64,000 nucleotides of DNA. Source: Geosiphon pyriformis uo1. Taxonomy: Eukaryota; Fungi; Glomeromycota. How positions within the stretch are numbered: position 1 is the stretch's first letter; each line of letters begins with the position of its first letter. Of the stretch, positions 12,120 through 24,184 are shown one piece after another. Made by a program: the position numbers and the translations under genes. Location: the NCBI GenBank assembly GCA_016748015.1, contig JAAOMT010000070.1, forward strand, positions 186,001 to 250,000, in the 5' to 3' direction. The notes under the pieces are model-generated. The model searched no databases, had not been told where the DNA came from, and saw nothing but the letters and a program-made list of their open reading frames with translations.

Positions 12120-14130
12120 AGAACTATAAAAATCCTGATTTTTAGTGAGACCAAGATATAAGGCTTGGTTAGGATATCTGGTTGGTGCTGGTCGAGATGA
12201 GACATTACTACGATTTAGGGATCGCAATGGTATACTGTTAGTTAGTTTCTGATTGTTGTTAGAGTTTCTCCATCCTTGGTTGTAATTAATTGCATGATGT
12301 CTAGATTGGCTATTAACAGGGTTTTGGTACTGGGGTGCTGCTTGAGCCATTGGCTGTGAAGACTGGTAGTAGGTCTAAGGCAGTTGCTGGGTATACTGTA
12401 TTTGTTGTAAGTATTGAGGTGGTTGATATTGAGGCATGGGGTATTAGAATACCATGTTTTGAGGATATCTCAGGTGCTGATATTGATTTCTTTGATTTTG
12501 GTCTATTACTTTTTTATAGCAGTCCTGGATGATATGTCCAGATTTCTGACAATAGTAATAATTGCAAGGATTGGATCTCCAAGGTTGTTGTTGTTGCTAG
12601 TGATTCTGTTGTTGTTGGTATTTGGTGTTATTATTATCTCTTTGTTGTGGTGGTTGATAGGGTCCTATGGTACTGGTTAAAAATCTCTCAATTTTTTGAG
12701 TTAATTTCTCACTTAATTGAGTTATTTTTGTGTTGATATTAGATGTTCTATTGATAGCCAGATTAATAGCTTGAGTATAGATAGCCTCTTGTTCTACTGA
12801 CTTAAAGTCACGAGCAAGAGTAATTGCTTCTTGTAGGTTTGTTGGGTGGTGAAGTCTTACAGATCAGAGGAGACTGCTTTTTAATTCTTTAATAAATTGG
12901 TTAAGGATTTGTGCCACAGTGTAGTAATTTTTTTTAATGACCTGGATTTGACAAAGAATTTGGTTGAATCATCCAAAATAAGTGGTTACTACTTTGTGGT
13001 CTTTTTGTTTTATGATACTGAACTGATTTTGTAATCTGATGAGAGTGTTGGGGTCACAGAAGTATTGCAGAAAGACAAGTTTAAAGGCAGTGAAGTCAAT
13101 TGGTTTTTCTGCAAAGCTTTGATACCATGAGTCTGCAGTTCCAATCAGAAAGAATGGCAATGGTTGAATAGTTCTATTATTATCCCAATTGTTGGCAGTG
13201 ATGGCTTTCTCAGCTTTCACAATCCATATATATGCATCATCTTCTTCATTAGAGAATTTCTCTAATTTGGCGATATCTCGGTAAGCCATGATCTGGTGAG
13301 TAGGTGGAATCTTACTGATTAATGCTGGGGGGTTTGGTGTTTGCATGCTAGAGTGTTCTCCTGGTGCTAATTCTGGTTGTTTCCTTTTGTTAATTTTCCC
13401 AATGGGCTGAAGAATAGCTGTTTCTTCAGAAGAGGTGATTGATGATTCAGTCAATGGTTGGGTTGGCAGTAGTTCCCACATTGACATATTTCTGTCTGTT
13501 TTGTTAAGTGTTGAGGAGAAATTTCCAAACAATGATCCATATTCTTCTAATGATTTGGTCCAACTATGTTGATTCCAAGAATATGGATTTCCAGGAGTTT
13601 GTGGTGTTTCTGACTGGGTTTCTGAAGGTGAGTTGAATACAATTCTACTTTGGAGTGTCTGATGGTATGATGGAGTTGTTGGGGAGAGGAATCTTGGTTT
13701 CTTGTTAACTGTGGACTTGGCTTGGGCAGTTATGGGGTTGTTGAATTTGTTTTTGTATTCCTCAGGGTTGGATTTCACTGGTTGTTGTACTTGAAGGAAT
13801 TGTTTTGCCATGTAATATTTAATGTTTGTATCGATTATGCACAAAGTTTTAGTGATTGTTTGGGTGGTTATGGCTGTTGAGTATCCTAATAAGCTTTGAT
13901 GGATTTGTTTTTCCAGTCTTTCTGTGTCGGTTGCACAGCCTAATAAGCAGTCAATTTTTGCATTAATATAGTTACAAAAATTACTTTCTGTGTAAATGGT
14001 TTTTGCTGGTATTTCTAAGTCTTTTTGAAAGTATTAAAATAGTGATTTTCCATATGGGGAGTGGTCCTTTCTTACTGTTCCAATAGTTGCCACTTTTGTG
14101 TATTTTTGGGGTGTTCTGTCTCTGTGGATT
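12120..14130 (-). pseudogene. gag of element C (N-terminal domain, capsid, CCHC)
   Basis: MAYRDIAKLEKFS...ADSWYQS capsid motif; QILNQFI; decayed YYCQKSGHIIQDC knuckle. Confidence 0.9.
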
Positions 14131-14154
14131 TATAACTTTACAGGAAGCACTAAA

Positions 14155-15191
14155 TGTTACAAATAAACTTGGTAGGTAATGGAGATGGTAATGTTTGGTG
14201 CTTTTAATTATTGGTAATGTGTCTTCTACATAATTCTGTTGGCTTAGTCTCGATTATCAGTTTCTGAAGGTCTATTTCTGGATGTGAATTTACCTGTTGA
14301 GTTCTTTGATTATAAGGCACAGAGTTTGTCTTTTATTGATTGCAACATCTTCCATAAATGTGAGCTTTCTTCTCCAAGCTAAAGAGCACAATTATTAGGG
14401 TCTGGTGGTATCTTTTTGCCCTTCTGGTAAGCTAATAAGATAACATTAATATTCAAAATCTAAGAGGAGCCTCCCTCTTTTATCAGACTATCACGAAGTC
14501 TATTCTTAGACAGTTGATTTTACTATGTTGCCACTCCACAAAAGAAAATAAGAAAAAAAAAAAAAGAATAAATTAGTATCATCAATCATCATGATTAAGA
14601 GCAATTGGTCCAAAGTGTTAATGGTCCAAGGTGGTTATGCTAAGAGCATCTGTCCTAAAACAAAGATATGAAACAATAGTTTATTCACATAAATCCCATA
14701 CAGTTTGAGAACATGAATTCATGATTCTGATTTTTTTGATAATTGATTTATTCAGAAAATGAATATAGAAATATAATAACTAAGAAGGAGTGATAGATAT
14801 TTGTTTCTTGTCTAGTGGTTTGTATCTATCTGTTCTTTTTTTTACCTTCTATTACTACTCACTTTTATACATTTTTTTGGTTTTACAAGATTGTTTCTAA
14901 TTGTTTCATTATTGCTAACTATTGCTTTATTATTTCTGTTATTGCTTCATTTTTCTATGTTATTACTAGTTATCCTATGTTATAACATATTATCTAGTAT
15001 TATTCTGTGTTATTCCACGTTGTAACATATTATCTTGCACTATTCTAAGTTATAACACATTATTTAACGTTATTGCATATTATCCTAAGTTATAATACAT
15101 TATTCAATGTTATTACATGCTATTCTGTGTTATGTCACATTCTGGTCATGTTTCTTCATAACTTTGAATCAGGTTTTTTACTCAGGTAACA
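14155..15191 (-). repeat. 5' LTR of element C
   Basis: Paired with 3691-4728; adjacent PBS TTTAGTGCTTCCTG (decayed TTTGG). Confidence 0.95.
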
Positions 15192-16360
15192 ATGTATTTA
15201 AATCCAACAGTGGAACATTTTCATAAAAAAACAATTATGGAAAAGATCAGAAAAAGATACTATTGGCCATCAATGTATCTAAACATCATTCAATATGTTC
15301 AAAATTGTAATGCTTGTTAGAAAAGAGGAGAAACAAAATCCAGTGAACTATTGAGACTAACCAAAGTGGGACAACCATTTGATCACACTGGAATTGACTT
15401 AGTTAGACCATTAACCATAACCAGCAGAGGCAATAAATATATTGCAGTAGCCATGAACTATCTTACTAAATGGCCAGAAGTAAAAGCCATTCAAAGAGCA
15501 GATGCAGAATCCATTACTGAATTTGTTCATCAAGATTTGATATGTCAACATGGATGTTCAAAAAAATTATTATCAGATCAAGGAACCCACTTTGTGAATA
15601 GAACACTAGCAGAATTAAGTTAAAGATTTGGAATTAAAAGACCATTATTATTATCATATCATCCACAAACAAATGGATTAGTTGAAAGATTTAACAGAAT
15701 ATTGTGTGAAGCCATTGCCAAGATCAGTCAAGAAAACTAAGACAAATGGAACTTGTTTATATCATCAGTATTATTTGCTTATCAGACAATGAGACAAGAC
15801 ACTACACAAGCAACACTATTTGAATTAGTATATGGTAGAATAGCAACATTACCAGTTGAGATAGAAATCAATACTTATCTAACAGAACCAATAACTGAGG
15901 ACAATTTTCAGGAAACATTGCTAAGAAGAACATATGACTTGATGGAAACACTAGAAAACAAATGGCGAAAAGCAGCTGATAACATCCAAAAGTCACAAAA
16001 AAAACAAAAAAAAAGACATGATAACCAACTATTAGATAAACCAGTTGAATTCAAAATTGGAAACAAAGTACTTCTACATCATATTAAAGCAGAAAAACAA
16101 TGGAGTGGAAAATTTAACCCCAAATGGGATGGACCATTTTACATAGAAGAAAGTCTTGGAAATAAAACTTATAAATTAAGATAAGACAACAAAATCTTAG
16201 CCAAAGCAGCACATAATAATCAACTGAAACCATATCACCATATAGTGTTACCATCCATCAGTAATATTTCACAATTAGAAGTACAGTGAATATTAGTCCA
16301 ACCAGATAAGATTTTACAAGATCTGGAACCAATCATAATCATTAGAACAAACATGTAAAA
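15192..16360 (+). pseudogene. Integrase of element B (continuation of 2908-3690)
   Basis: YYWP, CNAC, GIDLV, YLTKWPE, LSDQGTHF, HPQTNGLVERFN, KWDGPFYI. Confidence 0.93.
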
Positions 16361-16388
16361 TTGAACAATAAAAAGAATATATAAAGAC

Positions 16389-17047
16389 ATAATAGACATG
16401 ACAAAAAACTCTAGAAAAATGAAAATCACTGATAATATTTACTCACTAGCACAACAATTCTTCCAACTGATTCAACAACAGAATATGAAAATTACCATTA
16501 ATCAAAAAACCATTTGATACCAAGATACCAGAAAGAGACCCAAATACAAAAGTCAAAAAAAAACAGAAAACACTATCAACAAAATGATTTTAAAAATAAA
16601 AATAGCAATAGAAGAACTAATAAGTGTCATCATATATTAAGAGTTAACCAAAAAGACTTGTAAATAGTGGATACACAAATTTCCAAGGAACTTTTGTTAT
16701 TTCCACTTGGAACAATACTTGAACATTCAAAACTTATACATAGATAAAACAAAATAATTATTCAACACAACAATATTGCAACAACTAGAACAATTTGTGG
16801 GAAAGAACAACATGACTACATAGGCAAGAGTCATATATTAGCTATATACAAGATTTCAAAACAGACCAAAAATCTTACTTAATTCAGAAATAGACTCTAT
16901 TATAGTTAACTAAATGAGAAAAATAACCAACATCCAATTTGAAGAATTACAGAACAAGATAACTCAAGTAATTCTCAAAAAAAAGTTCAAGAAATACTCA
17001 AAGATGAAGAATTAGAATTGGAAGATCTCAATAGAGCTCAATATTAA
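16389..17047 (+). pseudogene. Accessory ORF3 of element B
   Basis: MKITDNIYSLAQQFFQLIQ...FHLEQYLNIQNLY...QQLEQFVGKNNM...RAQY*; homologous to 54432-55091. Confidence 0.8.
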
Positions 17048-17061
17048 AAAGAAGAAAATAA

Positions 17062-17906
17062 TGTTACTTATAAAATATAGGAAGTATATTAGCATATAAA
17101 TTAACCAATCAAAAGTAGCCATAGTAAATGTGAAATTCCAGAATTTCTCTCAAGAGAAATTGTAGGATTCCAGGAATTTCAGAATTTTCATGTAAGAAAT
17201 CGCAGAATTCCTCTTAAGAGGAATTGCAGGATTCCAAGAATTCCAGAATTCCTGGTTTGAGGAATTAAGGAATTAAGGAATCTCAATTATGTATATATAG
17301 CAGTAGTATTAGAAGGAGAAAAGACAGAATCTTTAGTTAAAGACCTCTCAGTTTAGATTTAATCTAAGCAACTTTCCAATTCTCTAATATTAATAAATAA
17401 TTATTCTCTATCTCAAATTCACTCTCCACTATCAACATTTCATGTTGATAATAATTGATACTTAACCATACTAGAACAATAACTCTTGATTACAGCTATT
17501 AATGGAATACTAATTATTATTGCCTTGGCTTATTTCTTATTCCTTTTATTTTATTTTTTTTCTTTTGTTGTTATTTACTAATTGATTAAAGAGAAAGTGC
17601 TAAAATACAAATATCATAGGAACTGGTAAAAGACCTGTAAAACAAGGGTAGAACACCCATAGATTTGAGGATAGCTTACCAGGAGGATTACTGGCCACCA
17701 TGCTAAGAAAAAAATTCAATAGAATTGTGATTTCGAAAGGTTACTAAAACAATTATTGAATCTCTGTCTATTATATAAAGGACTCAACCAAAACCTTCAG
17801 ATACAAACAATCTTCAGATTACTAACACCCTTATCGTGAATAGCTTCTGAGCACCAGGTTATGGGTTTTGTTATTTGATTTGAGACTCCAAATATCATCT
17901 ATAACA
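17062..17906 (+). repeat. 3' LTR of element B
   Basis: PPT TAAAAAGAAGAAAATAA then TGTTAC; GAATTCCAG-type array; TATA ATGTATATATAGC; decayed TATAACA end; related to the LTRs of E. Confidence 0.85.
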
Positions 17907-18334
17907 CTACTTAGATAAGCCATTTTCAAGTCTCTTACCAATTTAATAATTATATTATTAGTAATTTTAATACATCTAAACACAGATAAAGTTTCCAGAT
18001 ATTAATTTTTAAACACAAAACCCTTATACAAAACAGTATACACTCCTAAATTAAAAGTATATGTAGAGAACATCTGCATGATACAAAATAAAAACAGACA
18101 TAGTAATATTTTTTTGTATTTAATTTAAATTTTTAATTAAATTATATTATAATTAAACCAATTACTAATTTTTTATTTTTTGTTATTAATTAATATTATT
18201 AAATTATATTTAATAATATTGGTATTTTTTACTTAATTTTTATGTTGATTTTATAATATATATTGTAATTTTTTGCATAAAAAACTGTATAATATTATTA
18301 AAAAAGCCAAAATAATATTAATTAATATTGTATC

Positions 18335-20219
18335 AGTGAGAGATTAGTCTTGATTGTAATGTGGTTTCTAGTTCATTTGTTATGAATATTGATTGGGACA
18401 TTACTGCAGAGATTTGGCATTCAGACTTACACATACTTGCTGGTTCTATAAGTTAGAAGTCATTCAATCTTTGTACTTACTTAATGAAAGTGGTATATGC
18501 ACAGTTGTTTATAGCTGTTAGAAAGAAATTGTATAATAGAGGTTATTTTGGTGCATTGTGTTTATTGTATGGTGAAGTGGAGTTATCAGATCATGTTTTC
18601 ACTTGTAGTTAAGATGTTGGTGTTTGGAATGAGATTTTGGCAAAAGCCTTTACACGATGGACTGCTTTGGCTGGTGTTTTTGATCTGCCTTCTTTTTCTG
18701 TTATTTTAAGAATGCTTTCTTATTGTTTGTTGAACTTTAAAACTTATGTTGTTGTGTGTAAAAAGTTTGTGCTTAGAGATTGGTTTGCAAAGGCTGTTAA
18801 GATTTTTAATTGTAAAAAGAAAGCCACCTTTGCTGTTATTGATTTTATGAGATACTTGGTAGAGCTGCATTGTTTTAGAGTGTGGCTATTAAGGTCTAAA
18901 TTTAGAGTTGATATAAAAAAGGCTGGTTTGGTTAAAGATGAGAGTATAGTGTCAAGTTTGTTTTGTAGTTTAGCATCTATTTTTTCAGATGTATGGTCAA
19001 AATGCTTGGTATTATTGAGTTTTTTGCTATCAGTTTTGGCCATTAAAGGTCTTGTCTTTTTTATTCTGGTTTGGGTAGTGATATTTGTGTTCATATAGGT
19101 ATGTAATATTACCTTGTCTGGTCTGAGTGGCTAGCCACATGAAATGAGTGTATGAATTATGTTTAATTTGGGCTACTTAGTCTGGCTTTATATACTAGAT
19201 AGTAATATTACTAAAAGTTTTTGGTCTCTTTTTTTGAATGCTGTTAATATTTGTTTGTTGCTAATTTCACGTTTTCTGGAAGCAGTTGAATTTCCAATAA
19301 CTGAATTTATCTTCAAATTATTTCCTATAATTTGAACTGCTGGGCTTATAAGTGGAATAACCAATTCTGTGCCAGTTACTTTATATAATTACATTGTAGT
19401 AAACATCAACTCTTTTTCAGGAATTGCTTATCTGGAAGCTTACTAAAAATGTATAGTTACTTTGCTGTAAAAGTTAACTCTTCTACAGGAATCTTATTTG
19501 TAGACTATCTTAATGATTCTGATAAGAAAACAAAACAAAAATAAAAGAAATATAAAAGAAATAGAATTCTAACAAGGAAAACGTTTTCTATCCAGGCCTG
19601 GAGTTACTAACAGATTACTAAAATTGGTAGCTAATTAATTTCAAAATGTTAATTGTGTTGAGGGAGTTTCAAATGTAATAATCAGAGGATTTGGTTTTTG
19701 AATATTTTAATTTTTATTTAAATGTATAAAAGGTGATTTGTTCTAATTAAGATATTTTAAAGTGAGATATTATGTTAAGATATTATAAGAAAATACATTT
19801 TCTTGAAGAGAGAAGCTCTTCTTTTATACAACTTGTTATAATACTAGTCTTTGAACTTGCACTTTTTTCTTTGCTACAATTTAGGTAAACTAAAAATACA
19901 TTTTGGTAAACTACAAGTTATTTCACTGAACTATTGATTATTTTGGCCAATTTTTATTAATTTCGGCAAATTTTGACTATATTAAATAATTCAGAGTATT
20001 GTGTAATTTGATTATCTTAATTTCTATTGTACAAATTGGATTATTAATTAAGTAATGATATTTGATAATTTGATTAAATAATAAGTGTTAATCGAAATAA
20101 TAATAATATATGCTAATTAATAATAAAAATTATGAGGGTAATTTCATGCTAATTAATAGCTAAAATTCTACTGATAATAGTGATTGGGCTTTACTTGTTA
20201 AGCTTTAATAAAAAAAAAA
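18335..20219 (+). mobile_element. 5'-truncated LINE 3' fragment (ORF2 C-terminus, 3' UTR, poly-A), split by a solo LTR
   Basis: WHSDLH...CLLYGEVELSDHVFTC; 3' UTR GTGGCTAGCCAC...TATACTAGATA|GTAA resumes at 20180 as GTGATTGGGCT...AATAAAAAAAAAA. Confidence 0.88.
19206..20179 (-). mobile_element. Solo LTR of family A inserted in a LINE 3' UTR
   Basis: Aligns with 2109-2907; decayed termini TATTAC / GATAATA; TSD GTAA (19202-19205) / GTGA (20180-20183). Confidence 0.85.
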
Positions 20220-22490
20220 TATATTGTATTGTTAAAATTTAGTTATATCTATTTATTATGATATAAATAATATTATAAAAATGTTTTTTTAATATATTAA
20301 TTATTAATACTTTTATTTTAATTAAGATTAATTTCTTATAAGTTTTTTAATTTTATTTGTATAATAATATTAAAAATTTTTTTATTAATACTATAATATA
20401 AATTATTTTTTAAATTTTAATTATTATATATATTTATATATTTTTTTTCAAAAGCTAATTTGAAATTTATTTACAATAGTAAAATCTTTTTAAGACTATT
20501 TTTACAATTGTTTAAAGTATTTTTTTAATCTAAAAACATAAAATATTAATAATTTTTAATCCTTTTTTTAATTTTTATAATAAAGTATTTATTAATTAGT
20601 AATATATAAATAATTTTAATCAAAAATTATTTTTTTAAAAAATTTAGCTAATAAATAATAGTTTTATTTAATAATAACACAAGTAAATTTTTTAATATTT
20701 TTGATTGTAATAATTTAGGTTTTAATATAATTTCTTGTTTTTTTTTAATTAAAATTTTTTTTAAATATATATTTAAAAATAAAGTCTGATAAATAATTAA
20801 TATAGAAGATTAAATTATTAAATTGTTATTTTTTTTTAATATTAAAATTATTATATATATATATGTTTATAATTCTATAAGAAAACATATTATAATACTT
20901 TTTTTTAATATTTTAATATAGTATTTATTGTTATTATAAGATAATATTTGTTGTCAATACTATTTGATAATTATTGTTATATTAATTATTATTTTTTTAA
21001 AATTATATTATAATTAGATAATTTATATTATTTTATAATTTTATTAAATTTTTAAACTATAATAATAGTTAAAATATATATAATTTAAATTGTTTTTTAT
21101 AATTAAAAAAAATATTTAAGTTTATATAATATAATTAATAATATTACTGTATTTTTTAAAAATTAAGTATGAATATTAACATATATGTTTTTGGTTTAAT
21201 TTTGTTAATATTAGCTGAATTACAAATTATTTTTTTAATTTTAAAGTATATATTAATTTTTAATGTAATAAAATTTTATTTTAATAGTTAAACTATTTTT
21301 AATACTTGTATTTTTAAGTTTAGTTTAAAATTATTTGATATTTATAATAGCTGTTAAATTAAAAAAAGACAAATTGTTAATTTTATTTACAAAAAACATT
21401 TTAGTTATTTAGTTTAAAGTTAAAAGCTGTTTTAATATTATTAACAATAATATTGTTAATATTTTAACTAATAAGACTTCTTATTTACTTTTTTATTTTT
21501 TTGTTTTAATTTATGAAAAGTTTTTTTTAATTAATAATATAGTATTTTTAATAATATTTATTGTTTTTTTTATAATATTTATTAAGCAGTATATTATACT
21601 TAATAAGAAATTAGACTAAAAATTAATATTGTAATTAATAATATAATTAAAAATATAAATTGAATTTATACTATTTAAATATAATATTTTAATTTTTATA
21701 TGTATTTTAGTATTACTAACAAGTTTACAATCAGTTTACATATTTATTTAATAAAAATAACTTAAAAATAATTATTTATTATTGTTTAAAAACATTTATA
21801 TAATAAGTAATATTCTAAAAAAATTTGTTTTTATTGTAAAAAAATAATATTTTTAAATTATTTTTTATATATAAATTAAATATTGTAGTTTATAAAAAAT
21901 TATTATAGATTTTACTAAATTTTAAAAATTATTTATTAATATTTTGTTTTTATTATCTTTAATTTTAAAGATGTTTATTTTTTATACTTTTAATAATACT
22001 TTTTATATAATTTTTTGCAAAAATTTTGTTTTTAAGATTTAATTTATCAAGATTATATTAGTTTTTAAGAATATTAAATTAATATGTTTATATTTAATTA
22101 TTTATATATGATAGTTAATATTAAATTATAAAAAAAATATAATTATATAAATTTATGTATAAAGTTATTATAAAAAAAGTAGTTTAATTAGTAATAATAT
22201 GTTTGTTCTTTATAATTTATATAGTTATTTAATAGTTTATATAATAAAATAATCACATATTAAATATTATTAAAGCTTTTACAATTAATTTTGATTTATA
22301 TAATAAGTATTTGTTTTTTTTAATCTAAATAATAGAATTAGTGTTTATATAAATATGTAATATAATTTTAATTAACTTAAATAATTAGTTATATATAATA
22401 AATATGTATTTTATATTTAGTTATAAATATTTAATTTGTTTATATATATTAAATAGTAATTAAATTATATTTATTAAACATAAAAAACAA
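20220..22490 (+). mobile_element. Hypermutated fossil LINE (AT desert); 5' boundary approximate
   Basis: 22260-22360 reads LNIIKAFTINFDL...LNNRISVYINM*, matching LSIVESFAVSFGH...LGGDVCVHIDV* of the LINE ORF ending at 60988. The following ~130 nt is the LINE 3' UTR with nearly all C>T and G>A. Confidence 0.7.
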
Positions 22491-23104
22491 ATTAAGAATT
22501 GATTTGATTTTTTTATATATATTTAAATACATTTTTTTAAATTTTATTATTAATTAATTAAAACATTTCAAAATATTTAACAAAATTTTTTAATATATTA
22601 CAAATTTATAATATTAATTTTAATAAAAAACTTATTTTTATTATAAATATATTTAAAATTAAAATTAAAGTTATTTAATTACAAATTAATAAAACAATAA
22701 ATAATATATAATTATATATATACTAATAAAAAATTAAGCTTAAATAAAAATATGATTTAACTTATAAAATTAAATATTTAATTATTATTTAAACTATTAA
22801 ATATTAATCTTATTTTAACAATTATTTAATATTGTTTATTAATTATAAAAAACTTGTCAAAATAGACAAAACTCAATAAAATAAAACTAATATAAATTTT
22901 ATTTCTGTAAAAATAAATTTAACTGGCCTTTTTTTAAAATTTAAACATTAATAAGATTTTTTTACTAAGCTATATTTATAAAAAAATATTCCAAAATGGG
23001 TTTTAAACCCGAGTAATCTTTCTAAAAAACCAGATATTTATAGATTATCTGTAATACATACTCAGGGTTAAAGGTAGTCATCATTATCGCGCTTCTTCAC
23101 GATT

Positions 23105-24100
23105 CGCGCCTGTGTATTCCTACAAATGTTGTTGGACAGGTAAATATAGTTGTTTTTTGAAGTTCAAATTTTTAGAAACAATTAAATTCACTTAAGGTTG
23201 AAAAAAATCCTTTTACGGGTTCACTTTCACATTTTTAATAAACTCCACATTTTTACCATTGTATTTTCTGCTTATCTTCCAGTAATTCTCCCTCTTACAC
23301 ACATAATGGGAGCTATATCGCTTTGAACCGATTTTCCTTATCCTACGTACCTATTAGTTTTGGCTGGTTTGAGGATGAAAAATTATTCTCCTCTACATTG
23401 CCTAAAAAAACCACGATATTTAAAAAATCGCGACTTTATTCATCCACTGTGTATGCAAAAACTGTAAACAACAACCACAATCGCGAATCTTCTCCAAAAC
23501 TTTTCTTTCCTCCAACATCGGGATCGCGCCACTACCTTCCCTGTGCATTCCCACAGGTGGGTTTGGACAGGTAAATATAGTTTATTTTTTGAAGTTCAAA
23601 ATTGTAGAAACAATTAAATTCACTTTAGTTGAAAAAAAACCCTTTTACGGGTTCAACTTTCACGTTTTTAATAAACTCCACATTTTTACCATTGTATTTT
23701 CTGCTTATCTTCCAGTAATTCTCCCTCTTACACATAATGGATTGAAAGAAGGAGCTTTATCGCCTTGAAGCGATTTTCCTTATCTTACGTACCTATTAGT
23801 TTTGGCTCGTTTGAGGGTAGTGGCGCGATCCCGATGTTGGAGGAAAGAAAAGTTTTGTTTTACTCCTGGAGAAGATTCGCGAATGTGGTTGTTGTTTACA
23901 GTTTTTGCATACACAATGGATGAATAAAGTCGCGATTTTTTAAATATCGTGGTTTTTTTAGGCAATGTAGAGGAGAATAATTTTTCATCTTCCCTGTGTA
24001 TTCACAGGTGTTTTTGGACAGGTAAATATAGTTTATTTTTTGAAGTTTGAAATTGTAGAAATAATTAAAATCATTTTAATTGAAAAAAACCCTTTTACGT
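23105..24100 (+). repeat. ~430-450-bp unit in about 2.3 tandem copies upstream of the TERT pseudogene, with one internal segment inverted in copy 2; CGCG-rich putative promoter
   Basis: CTGTG(T/C)ATTC...GGACAGGTAAATATAG at ~23110, ~23541 and ~23994; segment ~23373-23536 recurs reverse-complemented at ~23816-23988. Confidence 0.9.
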
Positions 24101-24184
24101 CCCCCATTGCCCTTCCCTCCTTTGTCCGATCCTATAGATAGCATCCAATCAACTTCAGAACCTAAAACAATTCAAAATTATGCG

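Larger units (their letters stand above)
3691..15191 (-). mobile_element. Full-length decayed Ty3/gypsy LTR retrotransposon C (dUTPase-bearing), nested in the integrase Zn-finger of element B
   Basis: Paired ~1037-bp LTRs at 3691-4728 and 14155-15191. TSD ATGC (3687-3690) / ATGT (15192-15195). PBS ~14138-14154 and PPT ~4729-4746. Removing it restores the host reading FNM(H/Y)LNPTVEHF...YYWP...CNAC. Confidence 0.95.

Noticed and set aside
23323-23965. Duplicate short ORFs (PKKTTIFKKSRLYSS...) on opposite strands
   Set aside because: By-product of the inverted cassette; non-ATG starts
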